Source: Takakia lepidozioides
Taxonomy: Eukaryota; Plantae; Bryophyta
Direction of reading: 5' to 3'
Assembly: GCA_030704615.1 (NCBI GenBank)
Contig: CM060731.1
Location: 60,946,001 to 61,010,000 of the forward strand
Length of the DNA stretch: 64,000 nucleotides
The position numbers were made by a program, and so were the translations under genes. Under the pieces are notes generated by a model that was not told the origin of the DNA, made no database searches, and was given only the letters and a program-made list of their open reading frames with translations. Below are positions 50,101 through 62,000 of the stretch, one piece after another (position 1 is the first letter of the stretch; every line of letters starts with the position of its first letter).

Positions 50101-50514
50101 GAGCAATGATTGGGCCAGACACTATGATAGGAGATTTTGCGGTAGTACCTTGTAATCTTTTCATCTCCTCTACCAGTGCGTTGTACATTATGTCCGCCCA
50201 TGGTACCTCTTGTCCCTTCAAGCCTTTGAGGATTTCCTCTGTGAAGGATCTGCTCAAATATTGTTGGTTCTGTTTCAGGGCAATCAGAACGTTCAATACT
50301 TGGCCTATGTCTTTTAACCCTGGGTACACAGCTTTGGTACAAGCATAACCCTGAGTTTTAAAGAAACTCCTTCTTGGAATAAATCCCCTATTTGCAGTCG
50401 TCTTTCCCTGTGTTCCTCCACATACACATGACCTGCTGGCAATCGAAACAATTGCTGGAGGTATAGGGAGTAATCATTTCAATTCAACTCCCTTCACCGT
50501 TGTTGTTCCTGTCT
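47148..50514 (-). mobile_element. Extra ORF region directly upstream of the PPT of an LTR retrotransposon (183, 341 and 551 aa pieces, coiled-coil rich)
   Basis: Long same-strand ORFs ending ~20 bp before the PPT; VPWADIMYNALVEEMKRL motif; heptad-rich segments; no gag or pol motifs; runs into the gap. Confidence 0.6.
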
Positions 50515-51014
50515 NNNNNNNNNNNNNNNNNNNNNNNNNNNNNNNNNNNNNNNNNNNNNNNNNNNNNNNNNNNNNNNNNNNNNNNNNNNNNNNNNNNNNN
50601 NNNNNNNNNNNNNNNNNNNNNNNNNNNNNNNNNNNNNNNNNNNNNNNNNNNNNNNNNNNNNNNNNNNNNNNNNNNNNNNNNNNNNNNNNNNNNNNNNNNN
50701 NNNNNNNNNNNNNNNNNNNNNNNNNNNNNNNNNNNNNNNNNNNNNNNNNNNNNNNNNNNNNNNNNNNNNNNNNNNNNNNNNNNNNNNNNNNNNNNNNNNN
50801 NNNNNNNNNNNNNNNNNNNNNNNNNNNNNNNNNNNNNNNNNNNNNNNNNNNNNNNNNNNNNNNNNNNNNNNNNNNNNNNNNNNNNNNNNNNNNNNNNNNN
50901 NNNNNNNNNNNNNNNNNNNNNNNNNNNNNNNNNNNNNNNNNNNNNNNNNNNNNNNNNNNNNNNNNNNNNNNNNNNNNNNNNNNNNNNNNNNNNNNNNNNN
51001 NNNNNNNNNNNNNN
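50515..51014. other. Assembly gap (500 N)
   Basis: Run of N. Confidence 1.
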
Positions 51015-51929
51015 TGAAACCAAGGAGGCAGCCTTGCAAGCTCTCAAGTTCACAACAACAGACGAGCGTTTTATGACTGCACATATGACTATTTTTCAGT
51101 CATACATGCGTTCATGACTACATCACTCTGTAGTGAAAAAAGCCCTGTCATAGCGACTAGTCTTTAGGACTGCATTTTGCAAGTCATAGCCGTGACTGCG
51201 TGCGTGGCACCTGGAGTCATGCATAAGAGAGTGATGATAGTTACAACTCTATGACTTACATACGACTAACTATATGACTACATTGTCTGATGAGCGTTGC
51301 TTACATGGAGAGGCTTAGAAGAACACGTGCACACTGCGCAAGCGACACGTCACGACACCTGTTGCACTTCAGATGTGACATGTGAGGCGATGGCACTAGA
51401 CATAATAATGACTAGCATATATGGCAGGTTATGCCACGTGTCATCAAGAATGTCTCTGAAAATAATTTAATAGTTATATTTGTAATTTTAAATTCTTAAA
51501 TTTATATTTATTTTTGAAAACAGGGGATAGCAGCTTGGAAAATTTTAAATGTATTATTGTTTAATTTAATAATGTTATCAAAATAAAAGTAGATTAAATG
51601 ATTTAAATTCTTCATTACATGGTGAAATTCTGATATAAAAACAGAATGGACCCCTCTTACATACTAGCAACCACAAAGGACATTCAAATAGACAAGTACA
51701 GGGGAATATACGCCGTGTAAATTATATTACAAAAATCCAAATGAGACCAATGTCCCAATGGACACCTCAAAGGCCACAAGGTCCAAAAATCCATGCCTGA
51801 AAAGGTCCAATAAGCAAAAAATAAGCAAGCCCACACATGGGCTGAATTGTTGTAGTACTAGTTTGTTCTGGTGCTACTAGAATCAAGGACCCTGTTAAAC
51901 AGTGCAATACTTACAGCCGATTTGATAAG

Positions 51930-54900
51930 AGGGAAAAACAGGGTGAAATTGTTGAAGAAGGTGCCTTATTAACAGTGCCTGATTTGATCAATTGTGCCGC
52001 TGCTGCCGCTTCCAGTTGACCATCTACCCATGCAGGTTTCTTGTACCTATCTTCACAGGGAATCATAGGTAATATGGAGCTTAAATCCGGCCCTCTTGGA
52101 TGAATCTGGACCCACACATCTATCCCTGCTCCTTCAGCTATCCATGCCCCTGCACAAATCATGCATACATCCTCGCCTTGCTGCTAGCAGCTGACAATCA
52201 GCCTAGAATTGCTTGAGCAAACACCCAACCCTACTTATCACACTAGTTCCTATGCTGACTTGCGTCTGCTTCCAACAGGCATTCACTTTTGCCTCGATGT
52301 TCCACCATTGACTGAGGTCGGGAACGTATTCATCCTAGAGCTTCTCCTTGAGTCTCTGTTATCTATTTATTGATACTTTCCTGTCGACCACATTGGCAGT
52401 AACATGTCAAAATCACTCCAAACTACCATAGATCCACCAACGAGCTAACTTGCAGAATTCAACATTAAAATTTAGGGACGACTCTGATAGCAGGGGAAAA
52501 CAAGGTGAAATATGTTGAAGAATGTACCTTCATTAGCAGCGCCTTGTTTATGAATTGTGTTGTTGCCGCGGTTGTTCCAGTTGACCATCTACCACTTGTA
52601 GCCGCTGTGAGCTATTGAAGAAGGTGCCCCCTCCCCCATCATTTGATCATAGGTCTCCATACCATGTCCCTGCTCTGCATACCCTGCAAGCATCGCGTTC
52701 CATGACACCACATCTTGTTCAGCCATAGTGTTGAAAACTCCCTTCGCATCCTTAATGCACCCACATTTCGCATACATGTCCACCAGGCAGTGTTCAGAGA
52801 CATGGGACTCTTTCCTTTCCCCCTTTTCCAGAGGTCCAGGCTTGTACACGCATTGCAAACTACAAACAAACGTGATGTGGGTTGGGCTTCACCCCTTCGC
52901 GCGCATTTGCTCATAGGTCTCCAAGCTTCCTACCACCCCATGCTTGGTAAAATCTTGCCAACATTATATTCCACGTGATCAAGATCATTGAGACATTCTG
53001 TTGAAAACTTGTGAGCATGCATGCATGATGCTCCTGCACTTAACATACATGTTTGCTCCTGCACCCACATTTTGCATACATGTCCACCAGGGTATTGTTC
53101 AAAATGACATTTGGTACAATTCCAGCCCCTGATGATGTCGGCCATGGACCTCTTTGCAAGCCCTTTCCCTAGCTGCCGTGGCTGTTTTCAGAATGACATT
53201 TGGTACAATTCCAGCTTTGATGATGTCACCATTCACCTCTTTGCCTTTTTCCAGGGCTGCCAAGCTGCACAAGAATGCGAGTGGCACACAAACGTGATGT
53301 GGTCAGGCTTCACCCCTTCGCACATCATTTGCTCATACGTCTCCAAAGCCTCCATCTGCGCCCCTGTTGTGCATTCACTGCGAGCATTGCACTCCACACA
53401 ACCACATTTCGTCACTCCCTTTGCATCCTCGATGCTCCACATTTGTCATACCTGTCCACCAGGGCAGTGTTTCAGGATCACATTTGGTACGATTCCAGCT
53501 CTGACGATGTCACCATGCACCTCTTTGCCCTTTTCCCAGGGCTGCCAAGGCTTGCACACGCACTGCAACGCACACAAACGTGATGTGGTCGGGCTTTCAC
53601 CCCTTCCCCCCATCATTTGCTCGTAGGTCTCCAAAGCATCATTACCACACCCATGCTTGGTAAATCCTCCCAACATTATATTCCACGTGATCAAAGATCA
53701 TTGAGGCATTCTGTTGACCTTGGTGAGCATCCATGATGCTCCCGCACTTAACATACATGTTGACAAGGGTGTGGAGGAGAAAAACATTTCACTTTGGATA
53801 ATGTGAGTTTGCACCTGCCTTTTCAGCTTCCTTCCAGGCCTTTCACCTTGATGCACTTATGCAAGAGACAGACATACTATCTGAAATCTGCTGAAATGCC
53901 TCCTTGGTTTAAAGTCTGTATAGCCTCTGTCAGTCTACCTGCCTCACAAAGCATCTTCACATGCCCATAAGTGCCAGAAGAACTTGTGGACTCCCTCTCT
54001 TGATCCGCTTCCAGAAACTGTGGTCACGGTTCAGGTCTTGGTTTTATCAACTGTGCCGCTGCAGCTGCTGCCTTTGTCGACCATCTACCCATGCAGGTTT
54101 CTTGTGGCCCACAGGGAATCATAGGTAATTTTGTGCTTGAAATCTGACCCTCTTGGAAGAATCTGTACCCACTCTCTAATCCCTCCCTGTCTTCTTCAGC
54201 TATCCATGCGTCTGCACAAATCATGCATTCATCCTTGCCTTGCTGCTAGCAGCTGACAAAACACACAAACTGCCTAGACACCCAACTCAGCTTATGACCC
54301 TAGTTCCTATGTTGAATTGCGTCGTTTTCTCTGTAAGCTAACAGACATTCACTTTTGCCTCGATTGTCTCTCCGTTAATTGGGGTCACAAAAGTATCCAT
54401 TCCACAGCTTCTCTCATCTTGTTACAATACTTTCTTGTTGTCACTTGGCAGTATCATGTCAAACTCGCTGCAAACTAGAAAAAAATCACTCAACCAGCTA
54501 ACTTGCAGAATTCAACATTGGAATTTAGGGCCGATTCTGTGATTGGAAAGAGAACCCAGAGGGATGGAATGGAAGCAGCAGCATGGGTGTGTCTCTGATG
54601 CATCAACAGACAGCGGTCAGACCAAATTCTATGACCCAAAACCCAGAGTGAGCACAATGGCTTTGTAAAGCCAATGCCTACAGGGCTAATTCTACTACAA
54701 TGAGGATACGCAAGCAGCAGATACCATGTGCAAATCAAAACAACAAAAGGTGGTGAAGGTGCGCAACCTGCCAAAGAGAGGGCGGAGTTGAGGAAGGATG
54801 AAGACAACTACAGACATTGGAAATGCTCTGATGCGGGCAGAAGGGAAGACCCAGGCCCTGTCGGGGTTCAGCTGCAGAAGAACAAGCTGCTGACAGCAAC

Positions 54901-56370
54901 AACATGGAATCCGAGTGGATACAAATTGATTGTGACAAACCTAAGTCCATCAGACAATGCATCAGAAGGCCCAAACAAAGAACACTATGCAAATCTGTAA
55001 TAACATGAGACACAATCATCACACACTAACCCAACATGGGTCTTGGCAAACTTTCACGCAAAGCTGAAACAATCACAGAAGCAAAGAAAAGGGCAGGACC
55101 TCAGGGAAGATGTATGGAGTACCTTTTGCAGTGATCAATGAGTACGTGGAAGGGAGGAAAGCTTACCCACTCCAAGCACGGAGTACATGATCAACCAACA
55201 GCACAAGTATCATGTCAGTTCACTCATAATGAGTGGAGGCACTAGATGAGTTGGCCGAGATATACCATATAAGTGATCACACTCCAATAAGTACTACAAC
55301 AAACCCCACAATCAACATGTTGACACGGGAAAGTGCAAAAAAGGCCGAAATAGGGGATGTGATGCTTATCTGCAGAAATCCCGCCAGGACATCAATGATT
55401 TCGGGCAAAAACATGGATTTGGGTGAAGAAGAATGCATTGGCATGGACAACATCTACCGCTCAACAGGGTTTGAGCTCCAACCAGAGATATTCATGGGAG
55501 AGGGGACAAAAACGAGGAAGAAAGCCCAAAACACAAAGCCTTGACGCATACAACGAAGACTAGGCAGACAAACAGATAAGAGAAGACCAGCTTGCAAGAA
55601 ACGGCTAAGAGGGAAAAACAGGGTGAAATGTGCTGAAGGAGGTGCCTTCAGTAGAAGTGCCTGACCTTATCAATTGTGTCGCTGCTGCTGCCGTTTCCAG
55701 TTGACCATCTACCCATGTAGATTTCTTGTAGCTATCCTTCCACAAAGAATCATAGGTAATGTGGAGCTTGAAATCCAGCCCTCTTGGATGAATCTGGACC
55801 CACACTCTATCCCTGCTCCTTCAGCTATCCATGCCTCTGACAACCTAGAATTCTACCAGCAAACACCCCAACCATACTGGTGTGGAGATCTGAAATGCAT
55901 CTGCTTCTCTCTGTAGTCCAACAGGCATTCATTTTTTTGTCTCCATTGTCCCACCATTGACTGGGGTCGGAAAGTGTTCACCCCAAAGCTTCTCCTCACC
56001 TCTATTATATGTTTTTGGATACTTCCCTGTTGCCACACTGGCAGTAACTTGCCAAAGTCATTCCAAACTACCACAGATCTACCCAACGACCTAACTTACA
56101 GAATTCAATATGCATCTTGCGGCCGAGTCTGATGAGAGGGCAACACAGGCTGAAATAGGTTGAAGAAGAAGGTGCCCTACCACATTGTCCTTGACCTGTC
56201 CTGACCCATGGAGGATTTGACCGACCATCAACCTAAAAGGACCTCTTGTGTGTGCTGCTTGTGTCTGTAGTCAGGTAATGTCGGATTGGTCTGTGAGATC
56301 GAACCACTACGGTGTAGCTGAGTAGTCAGAGATTGAAACACGCCTGCTAAGACCAAGCTGACTCTCCCAA
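51930..56370 (-). pseudogene. Three ~550-bp modules encoding intron-split OSB-type PDF repeats (51930-52490, 54040-54545, 55605-56135), plus one module shared with the first CACTA (56165-56370)
   Basis: EEKLWGEHF.DPSQWWDNGDKK, then a donor (GTGAAT in two copies) and an acceptor CAG, then I(H/L)PRG(P/S)DFKHKITYDSLW..KKPAWVDGQL. Confidence 0.75.
52590..53765 (-). pseudogene. PLS-class PPR fragments (CACTA cargo), with internal duplication
   Basis: ITWNIMLGGFTKHGCGNDALETYEQM, GVKPDHITFVC, LEKGKEVHGDIVRAG, LVDMYAKCGCIKDAKGVFNTMAEQDVVSWNAMLAGYA. Confidence 0.85.
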
Positions 56371-56952
56371 GAACAGCGAGTTCGCTTCTCCTCGTCTCCT
56401 CTCCTTCTCCTCTTCTCCTTCGTGAATCATTTGCTCAACGCCTCCATCCCACGCCCCTGCATATCCTGCTATCATCGCGTTCCATCCCTCAGCTATGTGG
56501 TGTGGCGCAGGAGACAAAAAAAATGGCAAGTCCCAGCCCTCCTTTCTGTTCACGATTACCCTAATGAACAACCTTATTAGCAACTTTTTATTTAAACCTA
56601 ATGGGCAACCGTATTTGCATTATATGTGCCTTCAAAATGACACGTGTAGTGATGTAGTCGTATAAATAGAGCTATGAAACCATATTCAGTCATGGAGTCG
56701 TAAGATTCCATGAAACGCCGTCCATGTGTAGTCAAACATATCACACTAGTCATATAAACCATCCCTGTCATCATGGTCAACAATGTTTGACCAATGATCC
56801 CTAACTTTCCGGAGTCATGTAGTGATATCCATTACTACAAAGTCATAAAACTATGACTGCAATGCATTTTAACGCTCTGTAGTCATGTACCTAGTGCAGT
56901 TTTTATGACTCCGCCAAAGCCGTAGTCCTAAAAACGCTCATCTCTTGTAGTG

Positions 56953-59069
56953 GTTCAACCCATATGTGCATGGTTTCAACATTCACATATTCCCATGGTC
57001 GGCAAAATTGGGACACAGAAATGGTAAGCTCTGGGGTACTAGAATTGTCTCTCTCCCATTCATACCAGACCAATACCTTGCCAACCTGCCAGACATTGCA
57101 AACCATTTCGGCTCATTCTTGGGATGCCTAGGGGTTTTTGACCCCTTGCTATGTATTGACAAAATCAGACAAATCCCTGCCTAGAAAACAGCCACCATTG
57201 CATCTCGACTAAATGATAATGGTTTTCCAAAAATGGTCCTCATGATGCCGGAAGAAGACTCTCTTCCGGACTTTGTCCGTCTACCCATAGATGTGCAAGG
57301 AAACTACTTTACAATCAGGCTTATTGAGGAATCCTCTTCATCTGCTTGCTTCAAATGTGGCAAACACGGCCATATCAAAGCGGATTGTCCGGATGGAAAA
57401 AGGAAATGGTCTCCAGGAGGAAATGGTATCTAGAAATCAGCCACTCCTCCACCCTCGAATTTGGTTAGGAGGATCAAAGGCTCTGTAACTCCAAGGGTGC
57501 CAATTAGGAATGTTGACAGGGAGGCAATGGCAAATGACATGCTGCAGATCAGTCCAACCCCAAGAATCAACCAGTACCAGGGATCCCCCAGAGACCCTAT
57601 GCGTCTAGAGTCAGGGATCCAGAAGGCCCCAATGCACTCGGAGGCAAGGGGCAACCTCCGAGTTCAGACGGACCGCAAAGGGAAAAGGAAAACAGCGGAA
57701 TTTTCACAGACCGGCCCTATTAACACAGCAGCAAGGGCAAACCAGATCTGGACCCTCGGGGAATCTACAGGAACATCCTAACTGGCATAGCAAGTAACCC
57801 GATCGTGGCAAAATTCTGTCTCAAACTCAACTTATTCCCACAACTAATCCTGGGGGGATGTTCTCAGTTGGCTTCAGACGAAGACCCGAGGGCTTCTTGC
57901 GTCACTCCATTGCTCTTCAGGAAAGGTCCTCCTCCCTCCATCCTTATCTCCTCGGGAAACATTGAGTGTCTTGAGTCTCTTTAGATCACAACTAAGGACG
58001 TCCAGATTTTCATCGCCAGAAGCCCACCTAACAGTTATCCAGACCCCATGATAAAGAGGAAGATCCAAGAGTTCTTTGCAGAGCACCTCACCCACTATCT
58101 TCTCTCCAATGCAACAAGATTACTTGGGGGGGAAACAAGAAAGTCCACCCCAGACTCACAACTCAGCCCTCCACTCATATTCTTGCCCTCATGGAAGTGG
58201 CAGAGGTATACCACACCCCTGCTCCAGAGGGTGCACTTAGGAATGAGGAGATAGCACTCATCAGATGTTGGGGCCAGGGTGGCTTCAAAATCCGGACAAG
58301 GGACTCTCTCAGAAACAGTTTCACTCTTCTATCAATGCGTTTGGATATCGACATGGAGGAGGAGAACCACAGGCTGGATTTACAGAGGACCAGAGACTAC
58401 ATTGGTGGAATCAGACACCCTTCCGCTTCATCCTCGGTAGACTCAGTTTTGGATAGCAAGGACGATGCGGTGGTCTCACCCCCAATTCCTGCCCACCCCA
58501 CTCAAGCTTTCAATAACAACTCAGAGGAGCTTTCACCCCCACCCCCCACTCAGTCTCAGTCCCAAGACCCCCTCCACAACCAGGTTTCTTCTCTGCCCAA
58601 CCCATGCTTTGTCTTTCAGTCAATTGCAAGTGATAGGAAGAGATGTTGGCTCCTCTACAGGAAGGGGAAAATCGTTCGAAGAGCCTCCTCCAGGCAGACA
58701 CTTCCTGGTATCTTCCTGCCTTTTTCACTTCGATCATCAGAAATACTCTCTCCTCAACAGACCCCACCCTTCATCAGTCACACAATCCTGTCTGAACTGC
58801 TCCTAGGGAGGGTAGATCTTAGAGCCCTCCTTTCCATAGTCCCCCACCAGTCCCAAATTCAATACACCCCAGATATTACTCTCATTCAGCCACCTCTCCC
58901 TCCCGCTTTTGTTATGATTGAACTCAAGAGACAAAATCACAAACCTCCGCATGGCTTCACCTGGGTTAAATCCCTACTCCCACATGACAAACGAGTCAAG
59001 TTCTTTATTCAAGGGCCATCATTTGGGACTTCTAGTCTTGGCCGCTCCATCCCGCCAGATGCAGATTAA
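56953..59069 (+). mobile_element. L1-type LINE ORF1 (continues from 51015-51050), with CCHC knuckle and a long C-terminal extension; degenerate
   Basis: ETKEAALQALKV|QPICAW across the CACTA; CFKCGKHGHIKADC; the final frame ends at a TAA just downstream of the ORF2 ATG. Confidence 0.7.
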
Positions 59070-62000
59070 CCTCTCATCGTGGAACGTCAGAGGGCTGGGA
59101 TCTGACCCTTCATCTCTGAAACGAGTAAGGCTGGCCACATGGCTAGCTCCGCTCTTCAACCAACAAACCATAGTCTTTATTCAGGAACACAAACAAGACC
59201 AGCTCAAGCTAGATGCCCTCACCGATCACCTATGGCCAAGATCTCTTGCTATCTGGAAACCCACATCAGCTGGTACAAGGGGGGCACTGCCATCTTCTTC
59301 TCACCAGCAATTCACCCTCTCATAGCAAATGAAGACAACTGGGCCCCTGGCAGGCTACAATTTTGCGCACTGTCACTTCCCAACAACCTAGGAACCCTCG
59401 GTTTGGTTAACATATACGCACCAAACAACCCCCTAGAAAGAGTAGATTTCTGGTCCCTCTTGGATACCAAGATGCAAGAACAACATTCGATCTCTTAGTG
59501 GGTCTTAGCGGAAGACTTCAATATGACAGAACATCAGCATGACCGCAGAGGTTCCGGCTCCGCTCCCCCACCTGAAGACCTTCATAGATGGCTGCAACTG
59601 GTCCAAAATCATAGCTTAGTCGAAACTGAAACCATTCACCAGACCTCTGCAACTTCCACTCACCCCACCTTCACTTGGAGCAATAATAGAGCCTTAGCAG
59701 ACCTCCAAATGGCCCGTTTAGATCGTATCTACACTTCTATGAACATCTTCCAATGGGCCGCCCGTTCACCCCAGGAGCCTATCCCTGCTGGCTTCGACCA
59801 CGCGCACGTCACAGCCTCGATTACCATCCCTAACACCCATACCAGAGGAAGGGATATCTACAGAATGAACACATCCCTCCTTTCTATCCCTGCCTTCAAA
59901 AACAGCCTGATTCGTGCGTGGTCCCTGTCTGGTGAAGACTGCTCCAACCCCGCTGACCGCTTCCTATCAAAGCTCCGGGCAGCCTGTGCAGAGAGCAAGA
60001 AGCTTAGCAAACAGATCTCTGAACACAGAAAAAGAAAACTTGTAGCTCTTACGAAGTGTCTCCGAGTCTGCCAAGCTAGAATGGAATCCCCTAGATGCGA
60101 CGATGCAACATTCCAAACCTACTTAGAGGCAAAAAGAAACATGGAACAATTTCAAACATTGAAGGAGGAGAAGCTCAAACTCCAAGCTGGAATAAACTGG
60201 TCCGCTAAGGGGGAGAAAATGAGCAAGTATTTCTTCGACAAGGCAAGACAGAAAAGAGCTTCCCAAGCCATCACCGAGCTGTCCAATCAGACCACTGTAA
60301 CTTCTGCCTCTAACCCCAAGGAAATGGCGAGGTTTGCTGCCAATCACTTCCAGACTCTCTTCCACAGCAACCTGACCCCCTCCCCCCCACCACCATCCAA
60401 AACCAATGTCTGACAAATACTCCAATCCTGCTCCACCCAACTGCTGCAACTTCCTTGGAAGGGGAATTCACAGACATCGGGCTGGAGGAAGCCCTCAAGA
60501 AGCTCCAAAGTGGAAAATCACCAAGCCTTGACGGTGTTCCCGTAGAATTCTACAAGGCACTTTGGAGGCACATCTCCAATGATTTCCTGCTCATGGCCAA
60601 CTACATCTTCCGGGAACAAAGAATGCCCCCCCACTTATCGCAGGGTGTAATCATTCTCCTTTTCAAGAAAGGAGATAGGATAAACATTGCTAACTATAGA
60701 CCCATAACCTTGCTCAACGTTGCGTACAAAATTATAGCGAAAGCCTTGGCATTGCGCCTGCAGCCCCATCTCCCATCCATCATTCGACCTAGCCAGACCG
60801 GATTCATCAAAGGAAGGTACATCCTTGATAACTTACTTCTCGCACAGGAAATACCCTTCTATGCGCAGGAAACAAACCAGGCCAGCCTTACTTCTTCTCG
60901 ATTTTGAGAAGGCCTTTGACAGGGTGGAGTGGTCATTCCTCTTGGGGGCTCTCCACAGAATCGGCCTTCCTCAATTTTTCTGCAATCAGGTCACCACTCT
61001 TCTCATGGGCTCAACAAGTAGAGTCCTCATCAACGGATACCTTTCCAAACCTTTCTCCCTTCTCCGATCTGTTCACCAGGGATGCCCTCTCTCCCCCTTT
61101 CTCTTTCTCGTAGCAATAGACACCCTGGGCCACATGTTACAGGCTAATAGAAGCATCTATGGCCTAAATATCATAAATCACGTAACTCATCAACCTTCTC
61201 AAATTGTAGAATCAATGTTTGCAGATGATACCTTCTTGGCCCTACAAGCCTCTCAAACCAACTTGGACAATGCATATATCACCTTGCAAACTTTCTGTTC
61301 AGCTTCTGGCTTCAAAGTAAATTGGAGCAAGACGTGCGCTGCTAGTGGGGGATACTTCCAGATCTCTGCTTGGTAGAGTACCCAACTGGGGTCAAGACAA
61401 GGGACTCCACTGGCTCAAACCAAGGGAAACCACAACCCTACTAGGCTATACCTTCGGGTTAGACATCTCAGACCAGCAAAGATTTACACCAACCCTGACA
61501 AAGCTCAAGTCCAAAATGGCGTATTGGGGCTCCCACCATCTATCCATCACGGGAAAAGCAATAGTGGCGAATCAGGTCCTGGATGCGGGCATCTGGTTCA
61601 ACGCCTCTGCATGGAGACCAGCAGCCACTTACATCAAAGAGGTCAAAAAACTCATTCGCAACTTCATTTGGGGAGCACGCAAAGTGGGGGAAAAAAAGAG
61701 ACCACAGGTATCCTGGAAACAGATTTGCATGCCCAAGAAAAAGGGGGGCCTCGGCATCATTGATCCAGAAACTCAAGTTACGGCACTTCTAGCCAAATGG
61801 ATTCCGAGGTTTATGGGACCAGAAGGGGGTGCCTGGAATTCCCTGGTTTTTAATAACATCACATCGGCCTTGCCTCTCAAATCATGCCCCTGGTTCCCAT
61901 CTCTAAGATGGATAGCAAATGGTTTTAGACATAAACCAGTGGGCTCCCCGCTGTGGAGGTCCATTTGGATGTCTTGGTCCAGGCGCCCCTTCTTATCCAA

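Larger units (their letters stand above)
51051..56952. mobile_element. Non-autonomous CACTA element carrying OSB-PDF and PPR gene fragments, inserted in LINE ORF1
   Basis: Left end CACAACAACAGACGAGCGTTTT; right end AAAAACGCTCATCTCTTGTAGTG. TSD GTT at 51048-51050 and 56953-56955. ATGACT/AGTCAT subterminal repeats. Confidence 0.9.

Noticed and set aside
50484-51117. Long ORFs spanning poly-X
   Set aside because: Artefacts of the 500-N gap. Adjacency across the gap is also unproven.
54560-55590. Host gene inside the second CACTA
   Set aside because: Only short broken ORFs. ISDHTPI hints at a decayed LINE endonuclease fragment, which is too weak to call.
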